A stretch of 64,000 bases of DNA from Patescibacteria group bacterium (lineage in GTDB: Bacteria > Patescibacteriota > Minisyncoccia > Minisyncoccales > PEYH01), in contig JAHIFQ010000015.1 in assembly GCA_018900835.1 (NCBI GenBank), forward strand, positions 50,301 through 114,300, given 5' to 3'. Both the position numbers and the translations under genes were made by a program. This document shows, one piece after another, positions 28,964-37,631 of this stretch (position 1 is the stretch's first letter; each line of letters starts with the position of its first letter). Below the pieces are notes generated by a model, which worked only from the letters and a program-made list of their open reading frames with translations, ran no database searches and was not told the origin of the DNA.

Positions 28964-29950
28964 TTAAAGGCGATAATCTATGCTCATTGCTTGTTTCACG
29001 AGCGCTAGTGTTTCTACTGCTCTTTTTTGGGTCTTTTTTCTCCCTTGTTCCAAAATCTCTTTTATCAAATTTGGTTTTTTGGCAAATTGGCTTCGCTTCT
29101 TGCGAATTGGGTCTAAAAATTCGTTCAACATCTCTGCCAACTGTTTTTTGCAGGCAACGCATCCGATTTTGCCTGTTTCGCATAAGGATTTAATGTCCAA
29201 AGCTTTTTCTGGGAAAAAAGCTAAATAATATTGATAAATATTACAAATTTCTGGTCTACCCGGGTCATCTATTCGTATTTTTTTAGTATCAGTAATTGCT
29301 TTCATCACTTTTTCTTCCACAATCTTGGGACTGTCAGATAAGAATATGGCATTGTTTCTTGATTTTGACATTTTCTGGCCATCTAATCCGGGTAAAGTTG
29401 GCGTTTGTCCGATTATTGCTTCTGGGACAGGAAACACTTTGCCGAATAAACGATTGAATGTTGTAGCGATTTCCCTCGTAATTTCAATATGTGGCAATTG
29501 GTCTTTGCCCACTGGTACTGCATCAGCTCTTACGCACAAGATATCAGCTGCCTGGGATACAGGATAACCAATAAATCCCAAACTCGCTTTTTTAGTGCCT
29601 GACGCTCTTATCTCGTCTTTGACGGTCGGGTTTCTCTCCACTCGCGCCATTGTTATCAGCATTGAAAACAAAAGTGTTAATTCCGCGATTTCCGGTATTT
29701 GGGATTGGATAAATATGGTTGATTTACTCGGGTCAATGCCAACAGATAAATAATCCAGCACAATTTCTTTGATGTTTTTTTCTATATTTTCAACCTTAGA
29801 CAATTGGTCTGATAGAACCTGATAATCAGCAATGATAAAATATGAGTCGTATTTGTCTTGAAGTTCCACTCTGTTTTTAAGCGAACCGACATAATGGCCA
29901 AGATGTAATGGTCCAGTCGGCCTATCCCCTGTTAAAATCGTTTTTTTCAT
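28964..29950 (-). CDS. trpS: tryptophan--tRNA ligase
   Basis: TGDRPTGPLHLGH, YPVSQAADI, VPVGKDQLPH, KMSKS. Confidence 0.96.
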   Translation of the reverse strand: MKKTILTGDRPTGPLHLGHYVGSLKNRVELQDKYDSYFIIADYQVLSDQLSKVENIEKNIKEIVLDYLSVGIDPSKSTIFIQSQIPEIAELTLLFSMLITMARVERNPTVKDEIRASGTKKASLGFIGYPVSQAADILCVRADAVPVGKDQLPHIEITREIATTFNRLFGKVFPVPEAIIGQTPTLPGLDGQKMSKSRNNAIFLSDSPKIVEEKVMKAITDTKKIRIDDPGRPEICNIYQYYLAFFPEKALDIKSLCETGKIGCVACKKQLAEMLNEFLDPIRKKRSQFAKKPNLIKEILEQGRKKTQKRAVETLALVKQAMSIDYRL

Positions 29951-29958
29951 AAAATTAC

Positions 29959-29987
29959 TTGACAAATTTTTATTTATTTATTAGGCT
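29959..29987 (+). promoter_or_regulatory. sigma70-like promoter driving tRNA-like unit
   Basis: TTGACA-17-TAGGCT about 10 nt before the first tRNA-like element. Confidence 0.65.
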
Positions 29988-29996
29988 TATAACATT

Positions 29997-30195
29997 ACGG
30001 AGGTAGCTCAGGGGTAGAGCACTCTTCTAACACCGATTAAGGTAGCGCAATTCTAATCCACCAAGACTGTTGGTGCGAGAAAAGGATAAGCGAACCTAGC
30101 TTGATGTCTGGCAGTCACCATGAAGGACTGATAGTCCCAGCTCAAGTTCGGAAGAACAAGAGAGGCCCGGGATTCGAATTCTCGCCTCCGCACCA
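29997..30195 (+). tRNA. tRNA-like gene with a 124-nt insertion in the anticodon loop (identity uncertain, possibly Val-like)
   Basis: Acceptor (A)CGGAGG/CCTCCG(C), D arm GCTC/GAGC, anticodon stem CTCTT/AAGAG, T arm CGGGA-TTCGAAT-TCTCG, encoded ACCA. Confidence 0.65.
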
Positions 30196-30210
30196 GCACA
30201 CTACTAAGAA

Positions 30211-30282
30211 GTGGCGATAGCTCGCTGGCAAGAGCACTCGGACATATCCGATAGATTGAAGGTTCAAATCCTTCTCGCCACT
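30211..30282 (+). tRNA. degenerate tRNA-like element (short anticodon arm, no CCA)
   Basis: GTGGCGA/TCGCCAC acceptor, GCTC/GAGC D stem, GAAGG-TTCAAAT-CCTTC T arm; anticodon arm TCGGA-CATA-TCCGA. Confidence 0.55.
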
Positions 30283-30294
30283 TCAGCGCATTAC

Positions 30295-30320
30295 AAGGGA
30301 TCTCTATGAGATCCCTTTTC
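30295..30320. terminator. hairpin terminator after tRNA-like unit / fba
   Basis: AAGGGATCTC-TAT-GAGATCCCTT followed by a T tract. Confidence 0.75.
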
Positions 30321-30324
30321 TCTT

Positions 30325-31167
30325 TTATTTAAACAACTTAATTTTTTCTTCTACTTTTTTCTGAACTGCTTCAATGACTTTCGGATAAACTTCGTATGGC
30401 TTAATTGTTTTCTTTTTTAACTCCTTTTGCAAGGCCTGCTTCCAAACAATTCGCAATTCAGTATTGATATTTATTTTAACAATTCCATTTTTAATGGCTT
30501 TCTTGATATCGTTCTCATCAGTCCCTGACCCCCCGTGCAGAACTAAAAATACTTTAATCTCTTTATTGATTTTTTTCAACAAATCAATATTAAGCCTTAT
30601 TTTATTCCGATATGTTCCGTGAACATTACCAATATTTATTGCCAATGAATCAATGCCAGTGGCTTTTACGAATTTCTTCGCCTTTTCTATATCCTCATAA
30701 AATGACTCTTTTGCCTTGAAGCTTTTTTTATGGGTTTCCGAGCTTCCTTTGATTGATTTTATCTCGCCCTCAACCAATACCCCTTTTCTATGCGCATATT
30801 CAACGACTTTTCTCGTTTGTTTTATATTCTCCTCGAATTTCAAACCAGACCCGTCAAAGTGAACAGAGTCATATCCGTATTGAATCGCCGTTTTAATGAT
30901 GTTTATGCTTTTCCCGTGGTCTAAATGCAGAAAAAGATTAGGGTAAGGTTTTCTAAAATTGTCCATAAATTTTCTGATTCCTTCTATGCCCAAAAAATCC
31001 GCCTCGCTTTCGCTGGTTCCAAGTATAACAGGGACATTTTTCTTCATTGCTGCCTTGACTATTCCATTAAATTGAACAATTGAGGAAAAATTGAATTGAC
31101 CTATCGCCCATTTCTCCTTATGAGCTTTCTGTAAAAAATATTTAAGAGAATTATTTTTAGAGCTCAT
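30325..31167 (-). CDS. fba: class II fructose-bisphosphate aldolase
   Basis: LHLDHG, DGS, VEGE, GNVHG, LVLHGGSG, KININTE. Confidence 0.92.
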   Translation of the reverse strand: MSSKNNSLKYFLQKAHKEKWAIGQFNFSSIVQFNGIVKAAMKKNVPVILGTSESEADFLGIEGIRKFMDNFRKPYPNLFLHLDHGKSINIIKTAIQYGYDSVHFDGSGLKFEENIKQTRKVVEYAHRKGVLVEGEIKSIKGSSETHKKSFKAKESFYEDIEKAKKFVKATGIDSLAINIGNVHGTYRNKIRLNIDLLKKINKEIKVFLVLHGGSGTDENDIKKAIKNGIVKININTELRIVWKQALQKELKKKTIKPYEVYPKVIEAVQKKVEEKIKLFK

Positions 31168-32101
31168 ATTTTTTGATTTTAATTTTCTGATACTTCTGAC
31201 CCTTTTTCAATAATCCGTCTTTTGCTCCCCATTCTTTGACACAAGCAACAGTATTTGCGCTTCCAAATTGGATTGCTTCTATCATGTTTTTCTTTTTTAT
31301 GAGCCATGCCACAAGGCCAGAACCAAAAGCGTCTCCTGCTCCAGTCAAATCAGAAATCTTACTTTTAAAAACATCCCCTTTATAAACAAATTTTCCGTCA
31401 AAAGCCATAAGTCCATTCTCCCCTCCTGTCACGAATAATCCCTTTAAAAATGGTTTGATTTCCCGGAATATATCCTCTGTCTTGCGGTTTCCAAAAAGCA
31501 TTTTTGTTTCTTTTTCATTAGTAAGCAGGATATCAATTTTTGGCAACAGGGCTTTAAAAGATTTTTTGTACATTTCAATTTGTTCTCTGCTAGGGTTGAT
31601 AGCCACCTTTATTTTATTCTTATGCGCAAAATCAATAATTTGTTTTGTCTTTTTGGCGCATTCGCCAGCAAGAGGGGCTAAATAAAACCAGTGCGCTTTC
31701 AATTTATCAAAATTAAAGTTTTTAGGGATATAATTTGAGGCATCCCTGTAAGCAAGAATGACCTTGCCCTTTTCTTTTTTACTAAGAATAACAGAATGAT
31801 TTGTGGTTTTATTGTTTAAAGAATTTAGAAATTCTGTTGATATTTTTCGTTTTTTCAAGTCCAAAAGCACAGAAAAACCAGCATAGTCCTTGCCAACGCT
31901 CCCACAAAAAGCGACTTTCAATCCTTGTAGGGCAAAAGTCGCTGCAGTATTAGTCCCTCCTCCGCCAGTGCGAATAATCAAATTTTCTACATCCATCTTA
32001 TCGCCCAATGGAAAGCAGAATTTCCGGTCAAAAAACTCCTTTGAAAAAACGAATATGTCTTCGCTGGCAGACCCAAATGTTATTACATCATATTTTTGCA
32101 T
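31157..32101 (-). CDS. PfkB family carbohydrate kinase
   Basis: GGGGTNTA and DLTGAGDAFGSG. Confidence 0.92.
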   Translation of the reverse strand: MQKYDVITFGSASEDIFVFSKEFFDRKFCFPLGDKMDVENLIIRTGGGGTNTAATFALQGLKVAFCGSVGKDYAGFSVLLDLKKRKISTEFLNSLNNKTTNHSVILSKKEKGKVILAYRDASNYIPKNFNFDKLKAHWFYLAPLAGECAKKTKQIIDFAHKNKIKVAINPSREQIEMYKKSFKALLPKIDILLTNEKETKMLFGNRKTEDIFREIKPFLKGLFVTGGENGLMAFDGKFVYKGDVFKSKISDLTGAGDAFGSGLVAWLIKKKNMIEAIQFGSANTVACVKEWGAKDGLLKKGQKYQKIKIKKYEL

Positions 32102-32143
32102 AATCCTTATATTTATTCATAATCCTTTTTGCTTTTTTCTATT

Positions 32144-32168
32144 TCCGCCGAGATCGTTTCTCGGCGGA
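32144..32168. repeat. palindrome family A (REP-like), downstream of RAYT
   Basis: TCCGCCGAGA-TCGTT-TCTCGGCGGA. Confidence 0.9.
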
Positions 32169-32184
32169 TTTCAGTTAGATTCTC

Positions 32185-32904
32185 CTATTCTATTACTACC
32201 TCTTCAAAATCAACTAATTCTTTTTTAAACTTAAGCCAATTATTAACAAATTCTCGGCAACCATCTGCACCTTCCATTATTTTCTCTAAAAATTCCCTAT
32301 TTGTCAAAGAAGGGAAATTTTTCTTTCCTAAATAATCTGGATAACTTGACCATTTATATTTATTTTCTAAAAAATCAATTGCCGCATCTATGTTTTCTAT
32401 TTGCACTCCTTTGTTTTTCCATTCCAGAATTATTAATGACATTGGATTTGTGTGTATATAAACAAACACAGTTTCTAATCGCTCTTCTGTCTCGATACGA
32501 ACTATCCTGTATCTTCCTTGAAAAAGATGTCCATTCCTCTCATATTTTTTATTATAGTAACCACTATAACCTGCTCCAATCTTATGCATTAATTTGCTGA
32601 TTCCGTTATCGCAAGTTTGTTTTATTAACAAATGAATATGATTTGGCATTAGGCAAAATGCCAAAATTTCTACCAAAAGTTTCCTTTTCTTTCTATTCTC
32701 GCCGAGATCGTTTCTCGGCAGAGATAGCGGAGATAAGTTTCTTCTATAATCTCTGGATACTGGATTTTCGTCGTTAAATTCAAAAAGGTTGTTTATCATT
32801 CGAAAATAATCTTTATCGCCACGAAAAAGGTCTATCCCCTCTATTGTTCGGGTGACGATATGATATATTTCTCCATTTACTATTTCAGGTCTTTTTGATG
32901 GCAT
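32185..32904 (-). mobile_element. REP-associated tyrosine transposase (RAYT, Y1/HUH IS200-like)
   Basis: YHIVTR, AFCLMPNHIHLL (HUH), YNKKYERNGHLFQGRY, YIHTNP, YKWSSY; flanked by inverted family A palindromes. Confidence 0.9.
32701..32719. repeat. palindrome family A inside RAYT ORF (LPRNDLGE)
   Basis: GCCGAGA-TCGTT-TCTCGGC. Confidence 0.9.
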
Positions 32905-32919
32905 TCATCTATTATTGAT

Positions 32920-35334
32920 TCAATCTTGCCGAGAAACGATCTCGGCAGATTGTTTTTTATCTTTTAAGCTTATCAGTGTTTTGACCACAGCGTCAGGGCT
33001 TAAAGACATTGATTCAATCCCCTCTTTTGCCAAAAATTCCGCGAAATCAGGAAATGTAGACGGCGCTTCTCCGCAAATGCCCACATATTTTTTCCTTGCC
33101 AAACATTTTTTTATCACTATTTTCAATGACTCCTTCACTGCCTCGTTTCTCTCGTCAGCAATATGCGCAATTTGGGCATTGTCCCTATCTATTCCCATTG
33201 TAAGCTGGGTCAAATCATTGGACCCAATGCTCATTCCGTCAAAAATATCCAAAAACTTATCAGCTAAAATTACATTAGACGGAATTTCACACATCACATA
33301 TATTTTCAATCCGTCCTTTTCTTGCTTAAGACCGAATTTCTTCATCAACTCAATTACCCTTGCTCCTTCTTCTGGAGTTCGGCAAAAAGGAACCATCACT
33401 GAAACATTTTTTAATCCGAATATATCTCTTACTCTTTTGATTGCTTCGCATTCCATTCCAAATGCAGGCGCATATTTTTCGTCATAATACCGCGAAGCGC
33501 CTCTCCAGCCAATCATTGGATTTTCTTCTATTGGCTCGTACTCTTTACCACCTATCAATTGAGCATACTCGTTTGTTTTAAAATCAGAAAATCTAACTAT
33601 CGCTTCTTGCGGATAAAAAGCAGCTGCAATTTGAGCAATGCCTTCTGCCAACTCCTTTACAAAATATTCCTTTTTGTCCTTATGCTCTACGGTTAATTCT
33701 TCAATTTGCTTTTTTAATTTTCCATCCCTTATTTTATTGAAATTATATAGCGCCATTGGGTGACATTTTATTTTCTGTGCGATAATAAATTCTTCTCGCG
33801 CCAAACCAACTCCATTTACTGGCAAAAAAGATGTCTTGAAAGCTAATTCTGGCGCTCCGATGTTGACGCTAATTTTTATTTTCGTTTTAGGCACTTTTTT
33901 AAGATTGTATACTTTGACTTCATAAGGAATCTTGCCAGCATAAATCCTGCCATTTAATCCTTGGGTGCAGTCAATTGTTATGTATTGTCCGTTCTTTAAA
34001 ATCTTAGTAGCTTTTTCTGTTCCCACAATACAAGGTATTCCTAATTCTCTGCTTACTATCGCTGCGTGTGCGGTCTTAGAGCCCTCGTCTGTTACAATTG
34101 CTGATGCCATTTGCATAACTGGAACCCAATCAGGGTCTGTCATCTTAGTAACCAGAATTTCTCCTTTCTTAAATTCGCTCATCTTCTTTACATCAGAAAC
34201 AATCCGCACTTTTCCTTCGCCGATTTTATCTCCAATAGCAATACCCTTGAGTATTGGCTCTACTTTGGCATGAATTGAATATTCTGTGTATGTTGTTTTC
34301 GTTTCCGAGCGATGAACTGTTTCTGGCCTTGATTGGACAATAAAAAGTTTTCCTGTTTTTCCATCTTTCGCCCATTCCAAATCCTGTGGCATCCATTTTT
34401 TATTTAACCCGGAATAATAATCTTCAATCGTGCATGCCCATTTCGCCAAAGTAACAATATCATTATCAGATAAAGAAAATTTTAATTGCTCTTCCTTTTT
34501 TACAGGAATTTCTTTTAGTCCGCCATTAACACTATAAATTAGTTTCTTCGTTTTCCTGCCAAGATTTTTGACAATTATGGATTTGTATCCTTCTTTGAGA
34601 GTTGGCTTGAAAACGAAAAATTCGTCAGGAGTTATTTGTCCTTTTACAATCATTTCTCCCACTCCCCAGATAGAATTAATTAATACCACATTAGGAAATC
34701 CTGTTTCCGTGTCCAATGTGAACATTACACCTGAAGAGCCGATTCCGGAATTGACCATTTTCTGCACACCAACGGATAAGGCAATCTGCAAATGGTCAAA
34801 ACCCTTCTCCTGCCTGTAAGCAATTGCTCTGTCTGTGAAAAGCGATGAAATACATTTTTTGACTGCTCTTAAAACCTCTTGTTCTCCTTTAATATTTAAA
34901 TATGTTTCCTGCTGACCAGCAAAACTGGCTGTTGGCAAGTCCTCTGCAGTTGCAGAGCTTCGCACAGCAACAACAACATCTTTCTCTTTGTATATTTGGC
35001 AGAGTTTTCTGTAATACTTAATAATCTTCCTTTCCAATTTTTTGGGGAGTTCCGCTCCTAAAATCAATTCCCGAGATTTCTTGCCAGTTTCCTGCAAGCT
35101 CTTGATATTATTGGGTTTAAAGTTTTTGAAAACTTTTTTTAATTGGTCATAAACGCCGGTCTCTTTTAAAAAGAGAAAATAGGCATGAGAGGTGAGCGCA
35201 AACCCATTCGGAATATTTATTCCTTCAGGAACCAAATGTCTAAACATTTCTCCAAGAGAAGCATTTTTTCCTCCGACTAAAGGAACATCCTTGATTCCAA
35301 CATTTTTAAACCAAACAATATATTTTTTAAGCAT
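32920..35334 (-). CDS. ppsA: phosphoenolpyruvate synthase
   Basis: VGGKNASLGEM, VRSSATAEDL, SFAGQQET, TAHAAIVSRELG, SDFKTNEY, SIGSNDLTQ. Confidence 0.96.
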   Translation of the reverse strand: MLKKYIVWFKNVGIKDVPLVGGKNASLGEMFRHLVPEGINIPNGFALTSHAYFLFLKETGVYDQLKKVFKNFKPNNIKSLQETGKKSRELILGAELPKKLERKIIKYYRKLCQIYKEKDVVVAVRSSATAEDLPTASFAGQQETYLNIKGEQEVLRAVKKCISSLFTDRAIAYRQEKGFDHLQIALSVGVQKMVNSGIGSSGVMFTLDTETGFPNVVLINSIWGVGEMIVKGQITPDEFFVFKPTLKEGYKSIIVKNLGRKTKKLIYSVNGGLKEIPVKKEEQLKFSLSDNDIVTLAKWACTIEDYYSGLNKKWMPQDLEWAKDGKTGKLFIVQSRPETVHRSETKTTYTEYSIHAKVEPILKGIAIGDKIGEGKVRIVSDVKKMSEFKKGEILVTKMTDPDWVPVMQMASAIVTDEGSKTAHAAIVSRELGIPCIVGTEKATKILKNGQYITIDCTQGLNGRIYAGKIPYEVKVYNLKKVPKTKIKISVNIGAPELAFKTSFLPVNGVGLAREEFIIAQKIKCHPMALYNFNKIRDGKLKKQIEELTVEHKDKKEYFVKELAEGIAQIAAAFYPQEAIVRFSDFKTNEYAQLIGGKEYEPIEENPMIGWRGASRYYDEKYAPAFGMECEAIKRVRDIFGLKNVSVMVPFCRTPEEGARVIELMKKFGLKQEKDGLKIYVMCEIPSNVILADKFLDIFDGMSIGSNDLTQLTMGIDRDNAQIAHIADERNEAVKESLKIVIKKCLARKKYVGICGEAPSTFPDFAEFLAKEGIESMSLSPDAVVKTLISLKDKKQSAEIVSRQD
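32927..32947. repeat. palindrome family A forming PpsA C-terminus (SAEIVSRQ)
   Basis: TGCCGAGA-AACGA-TCTCGGCA. Confidence 0.9.
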
Positions 35335-35343
35335 AGATAATTA

Positions 35344-36714
35344 TTAATTACTGATTAATGATTTTATCGCAATCACTGCCCTTCGCGGGTCAGGATAATT
35401 CGGGATATGATTCTTTTCCAAAATTTTCACTGCTGGCTCGGTTAATTCACCTCCTATAAAAGCAGCAACAATCGGTTTTTGGGGCCATTTCTTTTGCGCC
35501 TCTATTATAATTTTAGCATTTTTAATTGGTTCAGTCATTGTTTGCGGAGTTTGAATTACAATTAAACCATTAATATCTTTTTGAGCCATGATCGCGCTTA
35601 TAGCAATTTCGTATCTGTTAGAAAGCGCATCCCCGACTATATCCATTGGATTGCTTTTAGAATATCCGGGGTGCATTAGTTTTGAATTCTCTATTTTTTT
35701 TAATGTTGCCTGATTTGGTTTAGGCAAATTTATTCCAAATTGATAGCAATAATCAGCAGCAAGGATTCCAGCCCCTCCGCCATTAGTTATGATAGCAATT
35801 CCATTTTTGCATTTTGCATGCCATGATAATACCTTGGCAATATCTAAAAGTTCTTCTATAGAGGAGACCTCTATAAGTCCAGCTTGTTTAAAAGCAACAG
35901 AATATATTTGGCTCTCTCCTGCCAAAGCGCCAGTATGTGAAGAAACCGCTTTTTTTGAATTAGGATTTTTTCCTCCTTTCAAGATTAAAACTGGTTTCTT
36001 TATGGCTGTTTCTTTTGCTGCTTCAAAAAATTGTCTGCCGTTTTTCAGTCCCTCTAAATACAGGGCGATTACCTTTGTTTTTGAGTCGTTTTTCGCCCAA
36101 TTCAAAAAGTCCACCAAATTCAGGCCAGCTTCATTTCCATAAGATATTATGGCAGAAAAACCCCAGGACTTGCCATTTGAGGCATCAATAATAGCGTCTA
36201 TAAGAGCCCCTGATTGGGATATAAGGGCGATGTTGCCTTTGCTCGGGGTTAGCGGCGCAAAGGAGGCATTGAGCCCTGTACAAGGCCTTAAAATGCCCAA
36301 GCAATTAGGGCCCACAAACGCTGTGTTGGCGCGGGTTAAGGCCTGTTTTACCTTATCCTGTAAAACAGCACCTTTTGTGCCTGTTTCAGCAAATCCAGAA
36401 GAGATAATAATGACTGATTTTACCTTTTTTTGAATGCATTGTTCTGTTACTTTCAACACGACTTGGGCTGGCACAGCGATTACTGCCAAGTCAATCTCTC
36501 CTTTTATTTCCAAAACAGAAGGCAATGTTTTAATGCCAAAAACTTTTTTCCTGTTGGGGTTTACTAAAAAGATTTTTCTCCTCGCCCCGGCTTTGGCGGA
36601 TGTCTCTTTTCCTGATAATAGATTTTTCACCAATCCCCTGCCCACCGAGCCAATTTTGTCGGTTGCACCGATAACAGCGATTGTTTTTGGATTGAAAAGA
36701 TAATTTAATTTCAT
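35344..36714 (-). CDS. acetate--CoA ligase (ADP-forming) alpha subunit
   Basis: IAVIGAT, GPNCLG, SQSGAL, SHTGALAG, NGGGAG, NPMD. Confidence 0.92.
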   Translation of the reverse strand: MKLNYLFNPKTIAVIGATDKIGSVGRGLVKNLLSGKETSAKAGARRKIFLVNPNRKKVFGIKTLPSVLEIKGEIDLAVIAVPAQVVLKVTEQCIQKKVKSVIIISSGFAETGTKGAVLQDKVKQALTRANTAFVGPNCLGILRPCTGLNASFAPLTPSKGNIALISQSGALIDAIIDASNGKSWGFSAIISYGNEAGLNLVDFLNWAKNDSKTKVIALYLEGLKNGRQFFEAAKETAIKKPVLILKGGKNPNSKKAVSSHTGALAGESQIYSVAFKQAGLIEVSSIEELLDIAKVLSWHAKCKNGIAIITNGGGAGILAADYCYQFGINLPKPNQATLKKIENSKLMHPGYSKSNPMDIVGDALSNRYEIAISAIMAQKDINGLIVIQTPQTMTEPIKNAKIIIEAQKKWPQKPIVAAFIGGELTEPAVKILEKNHIPNYPDPRRAVIAIKSLISN

Positions 36715-37337
36715 AAGATAATTTTTGCATCAATAACCATTGCCCCTTTCTTGTTCGCTATTACAGGATTCAGGTCAATTTCCTTGATTCTTTGTTCTCT
36801 TGAAATCATCAAAGAAAGTGATAATAAAATCTCCTCTAATTTTAGGAGATTAACCAACTCTCTATTCCTATATCCCTTAAGAATTTTATTTCCTTGAATT
36901 TCGCTTATCATTTCTTTCGCCTCTTTCTTGTTAATGGGCGCGAGTCGGAACGAAATATCTTTCAATATTTCTACAAATATTCCGCCAAGACCGAAAGCCA
37001 CTACTGGCCCGAAAACAGAATCTCTTTTGGCGCCAATGATAATTTGCTCTCCAAAAATCATTTTCTGAATAATAATTTCGGTTTTTTTGGCTTTAGCGAT
37101 TTTCTCAATTTTTACCCACGAAGTTAATAAATCCTTTTCATTTTTAATATCTATAATCACTCCCCAAATATCTGTCTTATGGATTATTTTCGGAGAAAAA
37201 ATTTTTAAAACCACTGGAAATTCATTCTGTTTTGAAAACAAAATTGCCTCCTTAACGGTTTTAACAATCTTGGCCTTAACTTGCGGAATTTTGTATTTCG
37301 CAAGCAGTTTTTTTGTTTCTTCAAGTCCCAGAAGCAT
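36711..37337 (-). CDS. acetate--CoA ligase (ADP-forming) beta subunit (ATP-grasp)
   Basis: FPVVLK, HKTD, FGPVVAFGLGG, EIDLNP, DAKI. Confidence 0.92.
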   Translation of the reverse strand: MLLGLEETKKLLAKYKIPQVKAKIVKTVKEAILFSKQNEFPVVLKIFSPKIIHKTDIWGVIIDIKNEKDLLTSWVKIEKIAKAKKTEIIIQKMIFGEQIIIGAKRDSVFGPVVAFGLGGIFVEILKDISFRLAPINKKEAKEMISEIQGNKILKGYRNRELVNLLKLEEILLSLSLMISREQRIKEIDLNPVIANKKGAMVIDAKIIL

Positions 37338-37393
37338 ATTTTAATTCAAGAGTATATTAATTTCTTTAATTGTATCTCATATTTCCAAAAATG

Positions 37394-37427
37394 AAAACAA
37401 AACCGCAAAATTAGCGGTTTTGTTTTT
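37394..37427. terminator. hairpin terminator
   Basis: AAAACAAAACCGC...GCGGTTTTGTTTT. Confidence 0.7.
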
Positions 37428-37445
37428 GTGTAATATAAATATAAT

Positions 37446-37631
37446 TTAGGAAATCTTTTCTTTTTTTCTTTTTTTGTTTTCGGATTCTATGAATTTATGT
37501 TTTTCTAAAAATTTTAAAATGGGAGCTCCGCATTTTTCACAAAGTTCAACTATACGAAAAAACCCGACTCCAGCGGTCACCGGTGTTCCTTTAATTTGCT
37601 TTTTACATATGTCACATTTGATTATTCTCAT
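37446..37631 (-). CDS. small CxxC...CxxC zinc-ribbon protein
   Basis: CDIC...CEKC; ATGA overlap with gap stop. Confidence 0.65.
   Translation of the reverse strand: MRIIKCDICKKQIKGTPVTAGVGFFRIVELCEKCGAPILKFLEKHKFIESENKKRKKEKIS

Noticed and set aside
30022-30162. Amber-suppressor tRNA (CUA) via bulge-helix-bulge splicing
   Set aside because: The product would leave only a 3-4 bp anticodon stem, out of register with the D arm, and TAG is used as a normal stop in this window.
29997-30195. tmRNA
   Set aside because: It has a full D arm, no G3:U70 alanine identity and no tag ORF, and is too short.
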